Shown piece by piece: positions 1 through 11,301 of a DNA stretch of 64,000 nucleotides. The position numbers were made by a program, and so were the translations under genes. The DNA is from Lophium mytilinum (taxonomy: Eukaryota), in the NCBI GenBank assembly GCA_010093605.1, contig MU004184.1, positions 878,801 to 942,800 on the forward strand, in the 5' to 3' direction. The notes under the pieces are model-generated. The model was not told the DNA's origin. It did not search any database and saw only the letters and a program-made list of their open reading frames with translations. Position 1 is the first letter of the stretch, and each line of letters begins with the position of its first letter.

Positions 1-1410
1 AGATTAAGTATTTCAGTTCGAGTCTTGGGGTTGCTTACCATCATTGTTCTCCAATCCATCGACTTCGTTGAAGAAATACGACTGCAATCGGTTATTTCAT
101 GCTCAAAAAGACTGAAGTGCATTTCAATCGTACCCTAGTAGCTTGCGTGACGACTGGACGATGTAAGCAATGATTCTCATTCAAGTCGGAGTTTTCTGCA
201 TCTTCTTACCAGTGTCGATATCCTCAAAAATCAGCAGGCACGGTGTCATGGACCTTGCCATTTGGAAAACAGCCCGGATGTTATAACTGTAAGGGGCGCT
301 CTTGACATACAAAGACACTACCGGAGAGTCTCGATGATACAAAGTCCGCATCAGAGCTGTATTCCACGTTAGCCATTAACAGTTCCTCGCGTGGTGGGCT
401 CGCCAAGTGGAAGTGTACCCTTGAGAGAAATTGTTTTGCCATTTCCGACTGTCAATTGTCAGTGATAGATCATTAAGGCTCTTCGACCAAATTGCATTAC
501 CTGGGCCGTGGAAAATCAATCCTGAGACATATCAGCATTAAAGTTCGGACGTGCTCAGTTTGCAGGGTCTTACCGCGCTTCCAGGGAACGCCGAATTCAT
601 CATAGATGTCCTTGCCTAAGGAGAAGGTCAACATAGGCCCGAATCTATCCGGAGATGAGCTTACTGTCGAAGAACTTTCCAGTGACCTCTTTCAAGGCTT
701 TCTTCATCTTCGGATCCAGAATAACGTCATCCCAGCTGCTTTTCTCAACCGACTCCCAGAGCTTAGCATCTCTCCTCCAAAAGCCATCGTACACATAGAT
801 GGCAGGCTCCTCCTTAGTGAGCCAGGCTCCGATGGAACTGAGGAGAGCGTCGGTGATGGCGGAGTTGCTGTACGTGGTTTCGTCGCCAACCGGTCCAGTG
901 AGCACATACTGCACTTTTCCGTACCCGATAGTCACATTGTAGAGAATGAAGCTATGACTGTTCCACTCATAGTTGTACTTTGCGAAGAAGATTGCGTCCG
1001 CAAGATGTCCAGAGCCACCTAGATTGTATTTAAGTACTGATAGAGCTCAAACATCATGGACTGTGATCTCAAGTACCTCGATGGGACGGTCCTACGAATC
1101 CGCGCCAGCGCAAGACAGACTCGTTCTCTTTGTCAAGGTGAGCAGTGGCATAGCCGGCAGCAACCTGTAGCAAGTAAGATGATTGTGTAAGTGCAACAGT
1201 GGGACCTTGAGCGCCTACAAATTGAAGAAGGTTGCAGTTTGAGGAAGGCACGCTTGTGACACAGAGCTCGGGGTACTTGGCTCGGAGGGCTGAAGTAATT
1301 TGAACATCGATATCAGTCGCCTTGCCTGAGTTGAATTTTTGGAACTCATCGAAGAGCTGAGGCTGTTTGTCATCTTTCTCAAGGAAAGTGAAGGCCTCAG
1401 AGGTAGACAT
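1..1410 (-). CDS. AAA+ family ATPase, multi-exon, 3' end runs off the left edge of the window
   Basis: ATG at 1410. Spliced reading gives SWDDVILDPKMKK, Walker A GLIFHGPVGNGKT (split by an intron at ~449-500) and Walker B PCLLIFEDID (~215-245). Several short GT-AG introns. Confidence 0.8.
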
Positions 1411-2610
1411 GATGGGGTGAATTTAGATGACTTGAAGTCGAGGTTGGGAAAGTGATGTATAGATACGATCAGGACTAGATTGTAATTGTAGGTGACTGGG
1501 CAATGAATGCACTAAATACTAGCTCCAGGCAACACTCGGCGAAGGAGCGCTTTCCTTGGAGATGATGTAGGAATGTCTTAAATGAAGCCAGTTGTCAGGA
1601 CTTCTACCGAGCTAGTCACGTCTTTATGTAGTCTCGCTCGTTGATCTGCGCCCTAAGCCCCGCCCCTCAACTCACTGCGCCGCGATGGAGTTCTCAGGGC
1701 TGTCGGGAGTTTGCCGGGGCCGCTGTGTTACTCTGAAACAGGTCGGACGTCATGCACAACCCCTGGACTGCGGGTGAGGAACGACGCTGAATGTATTTTT
1801 GGACGTATGATATCTGGGGAATCGGTTGCAAGGCTGAGCCTTTTGCTTATCGCTATGTGGCTTGCTTCAGCCCATCAATAACAAAATCTGAAACAGCTGT
1901 AATCTCTCAAAAGTGCGAAGCAGACTGGTCTTAAAGGGCTATGAGGAGCTTGTTGCTGCAGAGAGGCCTACGCAGTGGCGAAGCTTGTGTACAAACAAAT
2001 GTCCTGTATTGTACTGCGTTCGAGGAACAACGGCAAGGCTGAGCAACGGAGCACTGTGAGCGCCATGGCCTAGATTCTCGTGACTAGCTACGGCTGGGGA
2101 AGACGCAGAACGAGGCTGTGCGGAGATGCTGTGCGACGGTGCTACCGAGATTACTTTGACTCTCGTCGCCTTCCCAGACTCGGCTCTTTCGTGCCTCCCG
2201 ATGTCACCGCCACATAAAGGATCACGTTCTCACACTTCCACTATTACCTCGACGTCTAGCCCCAGCGGTGGCTTTACTTAATGCGAAAGGTGGGGACGTT
2301 TGCTCGCTGGCCAATGGCGGCGTTTGCTTTGTAGTTTGGCGCAGGGACGGACGATGCGGGTCGTGACGATGCATTTGGCCGCTATCGGGAGGTTCAGCCG
2401 GCGCGTGAGGATACCAAACTCCTATGCGCAGGTTTTGGCTATCAAAGGCTTAAGCTCACTTGAACGACTCGGAAGAGATTTCTTCTCGCCCTTCATTCAA
2501 TTCCTCCGTCTCTCCTTCATTCTTCTTCCAAAACCTTACTTTGTCCTCTTTGCCCCACCACAAAATCCCCCACCACGAGGTCCATATCGTCCAACAACAC
2601 CAACGTCGCC

Positions 2611-4394
2611 ATGTCTCCATCTGCTGTAAACAACGGCTCTGGGAACGGAAATGGCACTCTCAAGGCCACCGCGAGGTCGTTCCATCCTACGGGCACTCCG
2701 GATCCCTCGCGCTATCACGCGAGCTCGTCCAAGGAAGCCATGACTTCAGAGGCCGCCCATGCTGCCCACAACTACCATCCCCTACCCATAGGTACGTGTC
2801 ATTGCTTTACCACTTCTTTTGGCGCTTCATCGGAGCTTGAAGATTCCAGACTAGGTGGAAGTTTGCTATGGTAATATCCAGGCTAGCTTTCATAGCCTCT
2901 CGAGCGACCAACAGCTCCATTGGGCCACCTCGCGCATTGGTAGCAAGTATCAAGTAGTCGAAGTGGTACTAAATTGTGGCACCCACTGGATCATGCTTTG
3001 GCCTCATAGTTCATACCACATTAACTGACAATATCTAGTTTTCTCTCGTGCAAGCGGCTGCTCCGTGTGGGACCCCGAAGGCAAGCACTACCTCGACTTC
3101 CTCTCCGCCTACAGCGCTGTCAACCAAGGCCATTGCCACCCTGAACTAGTGAAAGCCCTGGTCGAGCAGGCTTCGAGGTTGACGCTGAGCAGCCGGGCTT
3201 TCTACAACGATGTCTTCCCCCGTTTCGCCGAGTACGTTACGAAGATGTTCGGATTTGACATGGTCCTACCGATGAACACTGGCGCCGAGGCTGTAGAGAC
3301 AGCAGTTAAGATTGCACGGAAGTGGGGATACAAAGTGAAGGGCATCCCAGATAACGAGGCATTGGTGTTCAGTGTGCAGGAGAACTTCCACGGACGAACT
3401 GTATGCCCCCTCAATGGCTGCTCTACTCTACTTCAGTGCTAACGTCACTCTGCTAGTTTGCTGCCATCACCATGTCTACTGACCCAGAATCACGCGACAA
3501 CTATGGCCCATACCTCCCCGGCATTGGCAGCTTCGACCCTACCACCAAAGCACCAATCCGGTACAACAACGTCGAAGACCTCCGAAAGGTGCTCGCGACC
3601 CACGGCAAGAAGACGGCCGCCTTCCTAGTCGAGCCCATCCAAGGCGAAGCCGGCATCGTCGTGCCCGACGACAGCTACCTACGCGAAGTGCGCGCCCTCT
3701 GCGACGAGCACAACGTCCTGCTCATCATCGACGAGATCCAAACGGGCATCGCGCGGACGGGCAAGCTGCTCTGCCACGAGTGGAGCGGCATCAAGCCCGA
3801 CCTCGTACTACTGGGCAAGGCCATCTCAGGCGGCATGTACCCGGTGTCCTGCGTGCTCGGCTCGAAAGAAGTCATGCTCACCATCGAGCCCGGCACCCAC
3901 GGCTCGACGTACGGCGGCAACCCGCTGGGCTCAGCCATCGCCATCCGCGCCCTCGAGCTCATCGAAGAGGAGAACATGGTCGAGCGCGCGCAGACCATGG
4001 GCCAGCGCTTTCGCGACGGCCTGCATCAGCTCAACAGCCCGATGATCTCGCTCGTTCGCGGCAAGGGCCTGCTCAACGCTATCGTTATCGATGAGAGCAA
4101 GACGAACGGCCACTCGGCGTGGGATCTGTGCATGCTCTTCAAGGAGAAGGGGCTTTTGGTAAGCGCGTTGGAGGCGAATTGGGAAGTGAGAGTGCTGACT
4201 AGGAACAGGCCAAACCGACTCACCAGAACATCATCCGCCTCGCGCCGCCGCTGGTCATCACCGAGGAGGAGATCCAGAGCGCGCTCGACATCATTCGTGA
4301 TGCTATGCTCGAGCTGCCGGAGCTGAAGGGCAAGAAGGAGGCGGAGATTCTGCCCGAAGGAGAGAAGAATGTGCATATCGGCGTCGACAACTAA
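2611..4394 (+). CDS. car2: Ornithine aminotransferase (class III PLP-dependent)
   Basis: Motifs [45 protein letters not shown] lysine in [19 protein letters not shown]. Exons ~2611-2791, 3039-3400, 3457-4158, 4210-4394. Confidence 0.95.
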
Positions 4395-4870
4395 AAGGCT
4401 TTTTCCTTTGGTGAGTCGATGCGATCTCAGGCTTTCGGGTCTACACATGTGGTGTATGTGGGTTTCATACCACAGCATTTTCTTGAGTCAAGGAGCTCCA
4501 CAAGGCAATTTGCATGGTGATGAGGACGGGGCAATGGAGGTGGATGCGTGATGCGTTCATGGTCATACTGTATAGATAATGATACCACGAAAATGGAGCG
4601 GACAGGACGTCCCGGAGTAATGGTATCCACGAAAAGTGTATGATACTCAAGCCACTTGGTCGGTTCTGGAAGTCAAAGTGACATTTGTGGGTTTGTGGGT
4701 AAAAGTGTCAAGAGTACCTTCACGTAAATAAAAGAGCGAAGCGAACAGCACAAGGGTTGAACGTTTTCCGAAATAAATTTATTTCGATTCAAATGAATCC
4801 AATGTTGCTTTTGGGACTTAACCATGCCCATGCCCTATGCGTAATTATAGAAAGACCCTGCCCTTTTCGG

Positions 4871-6209
4871 TCACTTTGCGCGCTCTAACTTCCGCTTCCT
4901 GGCCTCAGCGTACGCATTGGGAGCCGTTGCGCTGGTCAAAGTGGCCGCTTCTGTCTCGTCTTCGGAGTCGAAAAGAGCGTCGTCGACTTCTTTCTTGTGA
5001 AGAATTCTGCCAACAGACTGCATGTATAAGAACTTTGGGAGGCGCCAGAGGAGGGTGTCGTAGATGGTTGGTTTGGGGATTTCGTCGATCTGAACGTGTT
5101 GTGTTAGAAAGAGTTGGCACAAAGGGCCTAGGTCCACTTACATCGAGCAGGTACTCCTCAGTCTTCCCTTCCTCGGTCTTTTCCTCGATATAGACGTTTC
5201 CGACTGAATCCACGATCATGGTCTTGCCGTTCTCCATCTGTACTCGCTTCTTTGCTCCGACGGGTCCAGAGGTCAGGACTGCTTCGACTGGAGTGCTGAT
5301 GCCGGAGGACCTTGCCCCCTTCGCGGCCTTGCCATTCTTGGCTTTCCGTGACTCCTTCTCTTGGTTGCGCTTTTGCCGTCTATTCATGAGAACACCCTCC
5401 TGAGGCTCGTCGCCATTGGAGGGCGTCTCCCAACCCTGCGAGGCCGGGGTCCCGTTCACTCCTGGAATGCCCCCAATGCCCGATTCGTCTCCCCACGCCG
5501 TCCTCCTCGCGTTTCTGATGTACCTCTCGACAAATTCGCGGTGTCGCTTCCAGCTCAAGATCAGAGTGCCATAGTGCACCGCACCGCCACCAACGACAAG
5601 CAGGCCCAGCAGCACAGAGCCCAAGCCGGGCCTGAAGCGAGTATAGTAGTAATTCGTGCCCCTCCACTTGGGGAAGCCGTTGCGGAGGAAGTGGTCGTAG
5701 CGCTCGCGCGAGGGGCCCTTGAGGATCTCGACAATGACAGTGAGGCGCTGGTAGCGCGGCGTGGCCTCCTTCACAAAGGCATCAATCTCTTTCTTCGAGG
5801 GTTGGCCCTTGCGCACCGTGACGCCGGGCTTCTTTTTCTTGTCGGCGGCCTTTGCCTTGGGCACCTTGCCATAGTTGGCGATGAAGACCTGGCGGGCCTT
5901 GTCCGGGTGGGTCTCGCGCGACTTCTTGCGGTAGGCCTTGATGATCTGGTCCTGGGTGGCGGAGGGGGTGATATCGAGCAGGTCGTAGAAGCTCACATCG
6001 GCACCCTCGTGGGCGACGACCTCGTCGCGGACACGGAAGATTTCGTGATCTAGCGGTGGAGAAGAAAAAAAAACGGTTAGCTTTGCGGCTGCGGCGTCAC
6101 ACACGTAATTGCACACGCGAGAGGAGCAATGCGTACCTTCTTTCTCCCAGGCAGCGGCGAGCGAGACGAGCAGGCCCAGCACGAGGGCGAGCAGTGCGTG
6201 CGGCTTCAT
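4871..6209 (-). CDS. erj5: ER-membrane DnaJ/J-domain co-chaperone (Erj5-like)
   Basis: Signal peptide MKPHALLALVLGLLVSLAAA, W-x-K-E-D-H-E-I-F, J domain with HPD (THPDK), RERYDHFLRNGFPKWRGTNYYYTRFRPG, then a TM helix. Introns 6050-6136 and ~5091-5141. Confidence 0.85.
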
Positions 6210-6898
6210 TGCGGCGTTGGGGTGGTGGTGTCCTGGGCGAAGTGGTGAATGTCGCGACTTCGACTCCGGATGGAAGAGATGCAGGGTGGACGGAACGGTC
6301 CCTGTGCGTCTGTAGTGAACCCGTAGGCCACCAGCGTCGTCCAACGTGGCCCAATCGCGCAGGCAGCCGGCGGCGAATGGCAATGCAGCAGCAGGAGCCG
6401 GCGTGTATATGTATCTGCTGGCTGTCCCGCAGTTTCTCGTCGCTACAACTTCTCGTCGACTTGCGGTGGTGCTGCTGCTGCTGTCGTCGTCTCTTCTGAG
6501 GCAGCGTGGCCTCTGGCAAAATTGGGCCCGTGAGTGGCTGAAGTGGATCTTTGTCTTGGGCCTCGCCTGCCAGTGTGCCAGATTACCGCGTCCAGTGGCT
6601 TGGGTTCTCCTTGAATTAGCAACAGGGGGCTGAGCAGCCGCTCCCCTAACAAATTCCTCGTATCGGCCTTCGCACTGCTCGCATTCTTTCAAGCTTCGAA
6701 AGCAACACCACAAGACACTCTCACCCGGCCGCGTCACCATTGTTCGCACCTCCACGCACTTGTAGGCTGCCACTCTCTCTTTATTCTCATCCATTCCGTC
6801 TGCTACATCTGGTATCACTCCCCATTGTTCCGTCCCGACACCTTCCCGACACCAACGACACCACCGACATTGCTCCGTCATTTCATCAGCAGCTAATC

Positions 6899-7549
6899 AT
6901 GGCCCCTTTAATAGATATCGACGACCAGCCCTCGGTCCTCCCTACATCTCACACTACTCATATTGAGCCCGACCAGCCCCAGCAGTCTGCAGCCCCTCGC
7001 TCACACTTCCACACCGCCATGTCCCGCCTCAACATCCCGCTCGACGCCCTCACCTCCAGAATGAACTTTTCCGGCCGCTTCGAGGGCCTGCGCTCGCAGT
7101 CTGTCACCTCGAGGTTTGCCAACCTGAAACCCGTGTCAGAGTTCTTCGACGTCAAGCGCATCTCGAAACCCGCCAACTTTGCTGAAGCCCAGAGCCGGGT
7201 CAACTACAATTTGGGTTACTTCTCCAGCAACTATGCCGTAGTCCTCGTCATGCTGGTCATCTACAGCCTGCTCACAAACAAAACCCTGCTGTTCGTCATC
7301 GCCCTCACCATCGGAGGCATGTACGGCATTGGCAAGCTCGGGGGCAACGATCTCGAGATTGGCACCTTCCGCGCCACCACTTCGCAGCTCTACACCGCCC
7401 TGCTCGTGATATGTGTCCCGCTCGGCATTTACGCTTCGCCCTTTGCCACTTTCCTGTGGCTCATTGGTGCCAGTGGCGTCACTATTCTCGGCCATGCCAC
7501 TTTCATGGACAAGCCAATCGAATCAGCTTTTTCCGAGGAGGCGGTCTAG
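6899..7549 (+). CDS. yip3: Prenylated Rab acceptor 1 (PRA1/Yip3) family protein; alternative start at 7019
   Basis: MSRLNIPLDALTSR, RFANLKPVSEFFD, SRVNYNLGYFSSNY, four hydrophobic segments, C-terminal GHATFMDKPIESAFSEEAV. Intronless. Confidence 0.9.
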   Translation: MAPLIDIDDQPSVLPTSHTTHIEPDQPQQSAAPRSHFHTAMSRLNIPLDALTSRMNFSGRFEGLRSQSVTSRFANLKPVSEFFDVKRISKPANFAEAQSRVNYNLGYFSSNYAVVLVMLVIYSLLTNKTLLFVIALTIGGMYGIGKLGGNDLEIGTFRATTSQLYTALLVICVPLGIYASPFATFLWLIGASGVTILGHATFMDKPIESAFSEEAV

Positions 7550-7575
7550 GTGGTCGGCCGCGAACTCCATACGCT

Positions 7576-9081
7576 ATGCCCCCATGGGGAAGACCACCAG
7601 GGGGCCAGGGGAGGAGGAGAGGGGATTGGGAGAGACCGGCGGAGGGTGTGTACAGATTTCAAGAACTAGACAGCGATGAAGACGGCTTGCACGGTGTTGC
7701 TTTGGATCCGAGCATGCAAAAGGGCAGACCACCCTCGTTCAACCCTGACGAATTATACTTTAACGACATGGACCCAAGGGCGTGGGAACAAATGGTTACA
7801 GAGCGAGACAGACTGGCGTATGGGGATGTTTATGACCACTCTGAGGATGAAGACGGCTATTTTGAGGAAGGCGGAGGCGCAATTGTGCACCTTGCTCCAT
7901 TGGACCAGGAGGAGGTGCTCTTTCAAAGAGTGTTAGACAAGATTAGGAGAGCTAGGGGGACTGGCAAGCCAAATGTGGCTTTGACGCAGGAAGAGTTGGA
8001 GGCTTATGAAGCGAGGATACTGCGAAACCAACAGGTCCCGGCGCCTGCAGCGCGCCCGGCTGCCAAAATCAAAAATACTAGCTCCACGCCTACCAGCGCC
8101 AGCAGTAGCACTCGGTCGAAAAACGCCCAGCGGAGGACTTCAATTTTCTCGTCGCCGAAGCCAGTCAAGAACAAGTCCAGTGGCAGTGGAAAGAAACGTG
8201 TGTCTTCCGGCCAACTGGACAGTACTCCAGTACCCGCACCGGCCCCCGGCTTCATGATTCCAGGACCTGACGGACAACCAATGTATGCGCCTATCACGTA
8301 CAATCCCCGCGGTCCCCAATCTCGTTCTGCGCGTTCTATCTCCTCTCATTCCCGGCCTGGCTCCCGTTCGCCGTCACTTAGCAGTCGGAATGGCAATCAT
8401 CCTTCGACGCCTCCTCGAGAAGCTCCAGGAGCGTTCCCGAGTGACTCTCCTCAACATTACGAAAACGTAACGCCTCCGGTTCAGAAGTCACGCCAGTCCT
8501 CGTACCCACCCCGCCAGAACTCGTTTCTAGAAGACGCCGACTGGATCCAGTCTGCTCGAAGTCGGTCTGACCCCTCTGCTCTCCACCAACTTCCACTTCA
8601 ACCCTCGCCTCAGCTGGTACCTTTTCCCGTATCGCCTTACCAGCACTACAACGCGGATCCTTATCAATATATGCCTCAGTCAGCACCTTCAATGACCCCG
8701 TCATCAGTTCAACCCCAATCGCAGCCCCAGGTTGCTTCCCAATATGCTCGGGATCGCCGCTTGGGTGCAGCCGCGTCTGATAATTACATCAACATGCCGC
8801 GTCGTGTGCCTGTGCCGAACCAGCGAGCGAGCATGCAGAGCAGCTACTCGGATCCAGCACTCGGCTACAAGGCAAGCGGGCTGCGAGACGAACTCAGCGA
8901 CGATGACGACGATGACGGACAGCACGGTGTCCTGGTCGATGTCGTACAAGAAACAGGATCGGGCCCGGGATACAACGTCAACGTGACCAAACCTACCGGG
9001 CCTGGTAGTGGCAGCGGAGGCGGCAACAGTGGTGGAGGCTCTGGAGGAGGCGAGCGGAGGAGAAGAGGGAGGAGGAAGTAG
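7576..9081 (+). CDS. Hypothetical, largely disordered Ser/Pro-rich protein directly downstream of yip3 in the -1 frame
   Basis: Stop-free frame from at least 7411 to 9081, first ATG after the yip3 stop at 7576. Helical block EEVLFQRVLDKIRRARGTGKPNVALTQEELEAYE. Basic C-terminus ERRRRGRRK. Confidence 0.75.
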   Translation: MPPWGRPPGGQGRRRGDWERPAEGVYRFQELDSDEDGLHGVALDPSMQKGRPPSFNPDELYFNDMDPRAWEQMVTERDRLAYGDVYDHSEDEDGYFEEGGGAIVHLAPLDQEEVLFQRVLDKIRRARGTGKPNVALTQEELEAYEARILRNQQVPAPAARPAAKIKNTSSTPTSASSSTRSKNAQRRTSIFSSPKPVKNKSSGSGKKRVSSGQLDSTPVPAPAPGFMIPGPDGQPMYAPITYNPRGPQSRSARSISSHSRPGSRSPSLSSRNGNHPSTPPREAPGAFPSDSPQHYENVTPPVQKSRQSSYPPRQNSFLEDADWIQSARSRSDPSALHQLPLQPSPQLVPFPVSPYQHYNADPYQYMPQSAPSMTPSSVQPQSQPQVASQYARDRRLGAAASDNYINMPRRVPVPNQRASMQSSYSDPALGYKASGLRDELSDDDDDDGQHGVLVDVVQETGSGPGYNVNVTKPTGPGSGSGGGNSGGGSGGGERRRRGRRK

Positions 9082-9391
9082 TATCTATTTTCTGCATGTT
9101 CTTCTGTTCTATTCGGGTCATTGGTTCGCGTAGTCCGAGCGAATGATCTGAGTTTTATTTTTGTCTTTAGTGATGCTTTTTTTGTGCTTCGGAAAGAAAA
9201 CTCCCCTAAGGTGATTGGCGCTTCGGGGCTTTTTGGGTGCATAGTAGGCATAGAAATTCCGTGGCCGGTTGGTACACGATGTGGCGAGGGAGAGCGAATG
9301 ATTATTTTGAAATCTTCGATAAGGTGCCTGTGACATGGTTCGATATGCTTGTGAGCACTGTGACCTAGTCTTGAACACCGTTTAGTAGCTA

Positions 9392-9619
9392 CAGTACTGA
9401 GCCATAAGTCTGGGCACACAGAATTATTATAGTTCGGCTCCAATCTTGCGCAACTAACAAGACTGAGAGGAGTATCCCGGCCATTCAATAGACAGTGAGT
9501 CAAGCAGCAGTCTGAGTTACACTACCTAGACCTTGACATTGCGTCTAGATGTTTCAAAGCGTAGGGAGGTACCCCAAGCAGTGGTAAATGGGTGGACATA
9601 GACTTATGGCCTGTGACTG
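9392..9619. mobile_element. Tc1/mariner-type MITE, 228 bp, apparently complete
   Basis: TA|CAGTACTGAGCCATAAGTCT at the left end and AGACTTATGGCCTGTGACTG|TA at the right end form imperfect terminal inverted repeats with CAGT termini and a TA flank on both sides. Related sequence occurs at 13267 and 43221-43323. Confidence 0.7.
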
Positions 9620-10025
9620 TATTGACACCAGGGATATGCGCCTCTTGTAGCCTTAGGGTAGAAAATTGGTTTCACAGTTACTTTGCACTTGCTCAGTAGC
9701 TGCTATCTATAGGTGTCTCTTATTACATTAAACGATTGCACGCACCTGCAAGAAAAGCGCGATGCCAAAACTTTGAACACACTCACTCACTACTGTTTGA
9801 GGTGCTTAAGCATATTGTACGTATTTCATTTCGATGTAAACTCAGCGAGAGCTTGAATGGAGAGTTGCAAACATCCGGGGCGATCTCAAGCTTCTATAAC
9901 TCTATGTCTATAATTACCCATACATCATCTAAATCTAATCTTTCTCTAAACGCCAGTCTACCGCCCCGCCCTCCTCTACCCCAGCATAACATCTCATCTA
10001 ACCTCCCACCCCCTCACGCCGCTTC

Positions 10026-11189
10026 TTAAACTGGTTCTTCGTCCACAGTCTCTTCCGGAAAATCGGTCTTCCGCACGCCGAATACTCCCTTCTCACTCTT
10101 CCCCATCCCACCCCCCTTCTCCTCCGTCTCTTTCCACTCCTTCAGCCTGAATAGCCCCTCTCCATCTAACCCTAGCCCTTTCTCCTTCTCCATCGCCTCC
10201 TCATCGAACTCGAAGATCCGGAAATCGGCATTCGCGTAACGACGTCCGCTCACAGCTGTCCTTAGGAATCCGCTATGGCTGACCACTGCAATGACTTTCT
10301 CTTTGCGGCTGTAGAGTGCTTTTAGGCATGCCTGACCACGAGCTAGGACGGCGAGGCGGGTGAAGGCGTAGGGGTTTGAAGAGGGGGTGGTCTTGTGAGG
10401 GTAGAGAGGGTCGACGGTAGATAGGGTGGTGGCAAATCTGGGGAAGCGGTCGGCGACGGCTTTGAGGGGAGAGCCGGTGTCGCAGGGTTTGTCGGAGTTC
10501 TCTGGGGAGTGGTCAGTGGGTTGTTCGTAGAGAGTTCGAGACAATGTTGAGAGGGTCGTGCGATGAGAAACGTAGACTGTAGGATGCAAAGATGGGGGTT
10601 TTCGGATTATTAGGGAAAGTGTACAAGAAAAGGCTTTGAAAGGAGCTTCTGAAAGTGTGGAGACGGAAGTGTAGACTTGGGATCGTTGGGAAAAGATCTG
10701 ACACTAGAAATGCAGTCATAGGCAACGCCTTCCTTAACATAAGGCATGAAGCGGAAGAGGTTCTTATAGCATTCCTTTTAGACCAAGAAAATGGGAATAA
10801 ATAGACTCGAAGAAACTCAAAGGAACCCTACGCTTTGTACCATGGTTGTAAGAAAAAGCTAATCTTACCTTGCCACCCCGCGTCCGCAATAACCTCGACG
10901 CCCCTCTCAATCAACCAACCCAACCCGATGTCCATCGTCTGCAGTGTCCTCACCATCGGACTTACAACAATGAGCTCGACGTCACTCGCTACTGGTACCT
11001 TCTTGATCACATCTCTCAGCTCTTCGGACTGCTTTAGACCGAGCTCGGTAAGTTCGGGGTCGGGAAGCGACCAGTTCTGGGAGGCCTTGCCATTGTCAGT
11101 TCTTAATCGGGGGAGAGGGAGCCTTGAAGGTTTTGGGTTACATTATGAAGCGCTTCAGCATGGCGGATGAGGATGATGGTTGGTGGCAT
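10026..11189 (-). CDS. Histidine phosphatase / phosphoglycerate mutase-like protein
   Basis: MPPTIILIRHAEALHN (RH motif), DPELT, VVSPMVRTLQT, WQENSDKPCDTGS, AVVSHSGFLR. Introns ~11080-11141 and ~10503-10869. Confidence 0.85.
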
Positions 11190-11301
11190 CCTTTATGTCT
11201 GAAGTTCGGGGATCGTGAGTTTGCAAGCGATGGCGCAGTTAAGGAGTCACGACCTTCCTCGCCAAAGCACGTTGCGTTTCTCACCTCCAAACACAGCAGC
11301 A

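Noticed and set aside
5361..6053. 230-aa + strand ORF
   Set aside because: Antisense shadow of the GC-rich erj5 exon.
6210..6881. 224-codon N-terminal extension of the 658-aa ORF upstream of erj5
   Set aside because: Non-ATG start, overlaps the divergent promoter region, and the signal peptide begins at the ATG at 6209.
9568..9621. Two conserved blocks separated by a 15-nt variable spacer, superficially CRISPR- or att-like
   Set aside because: Only two dispersed copies in a eukaryote, explained as diverged MITE ends.
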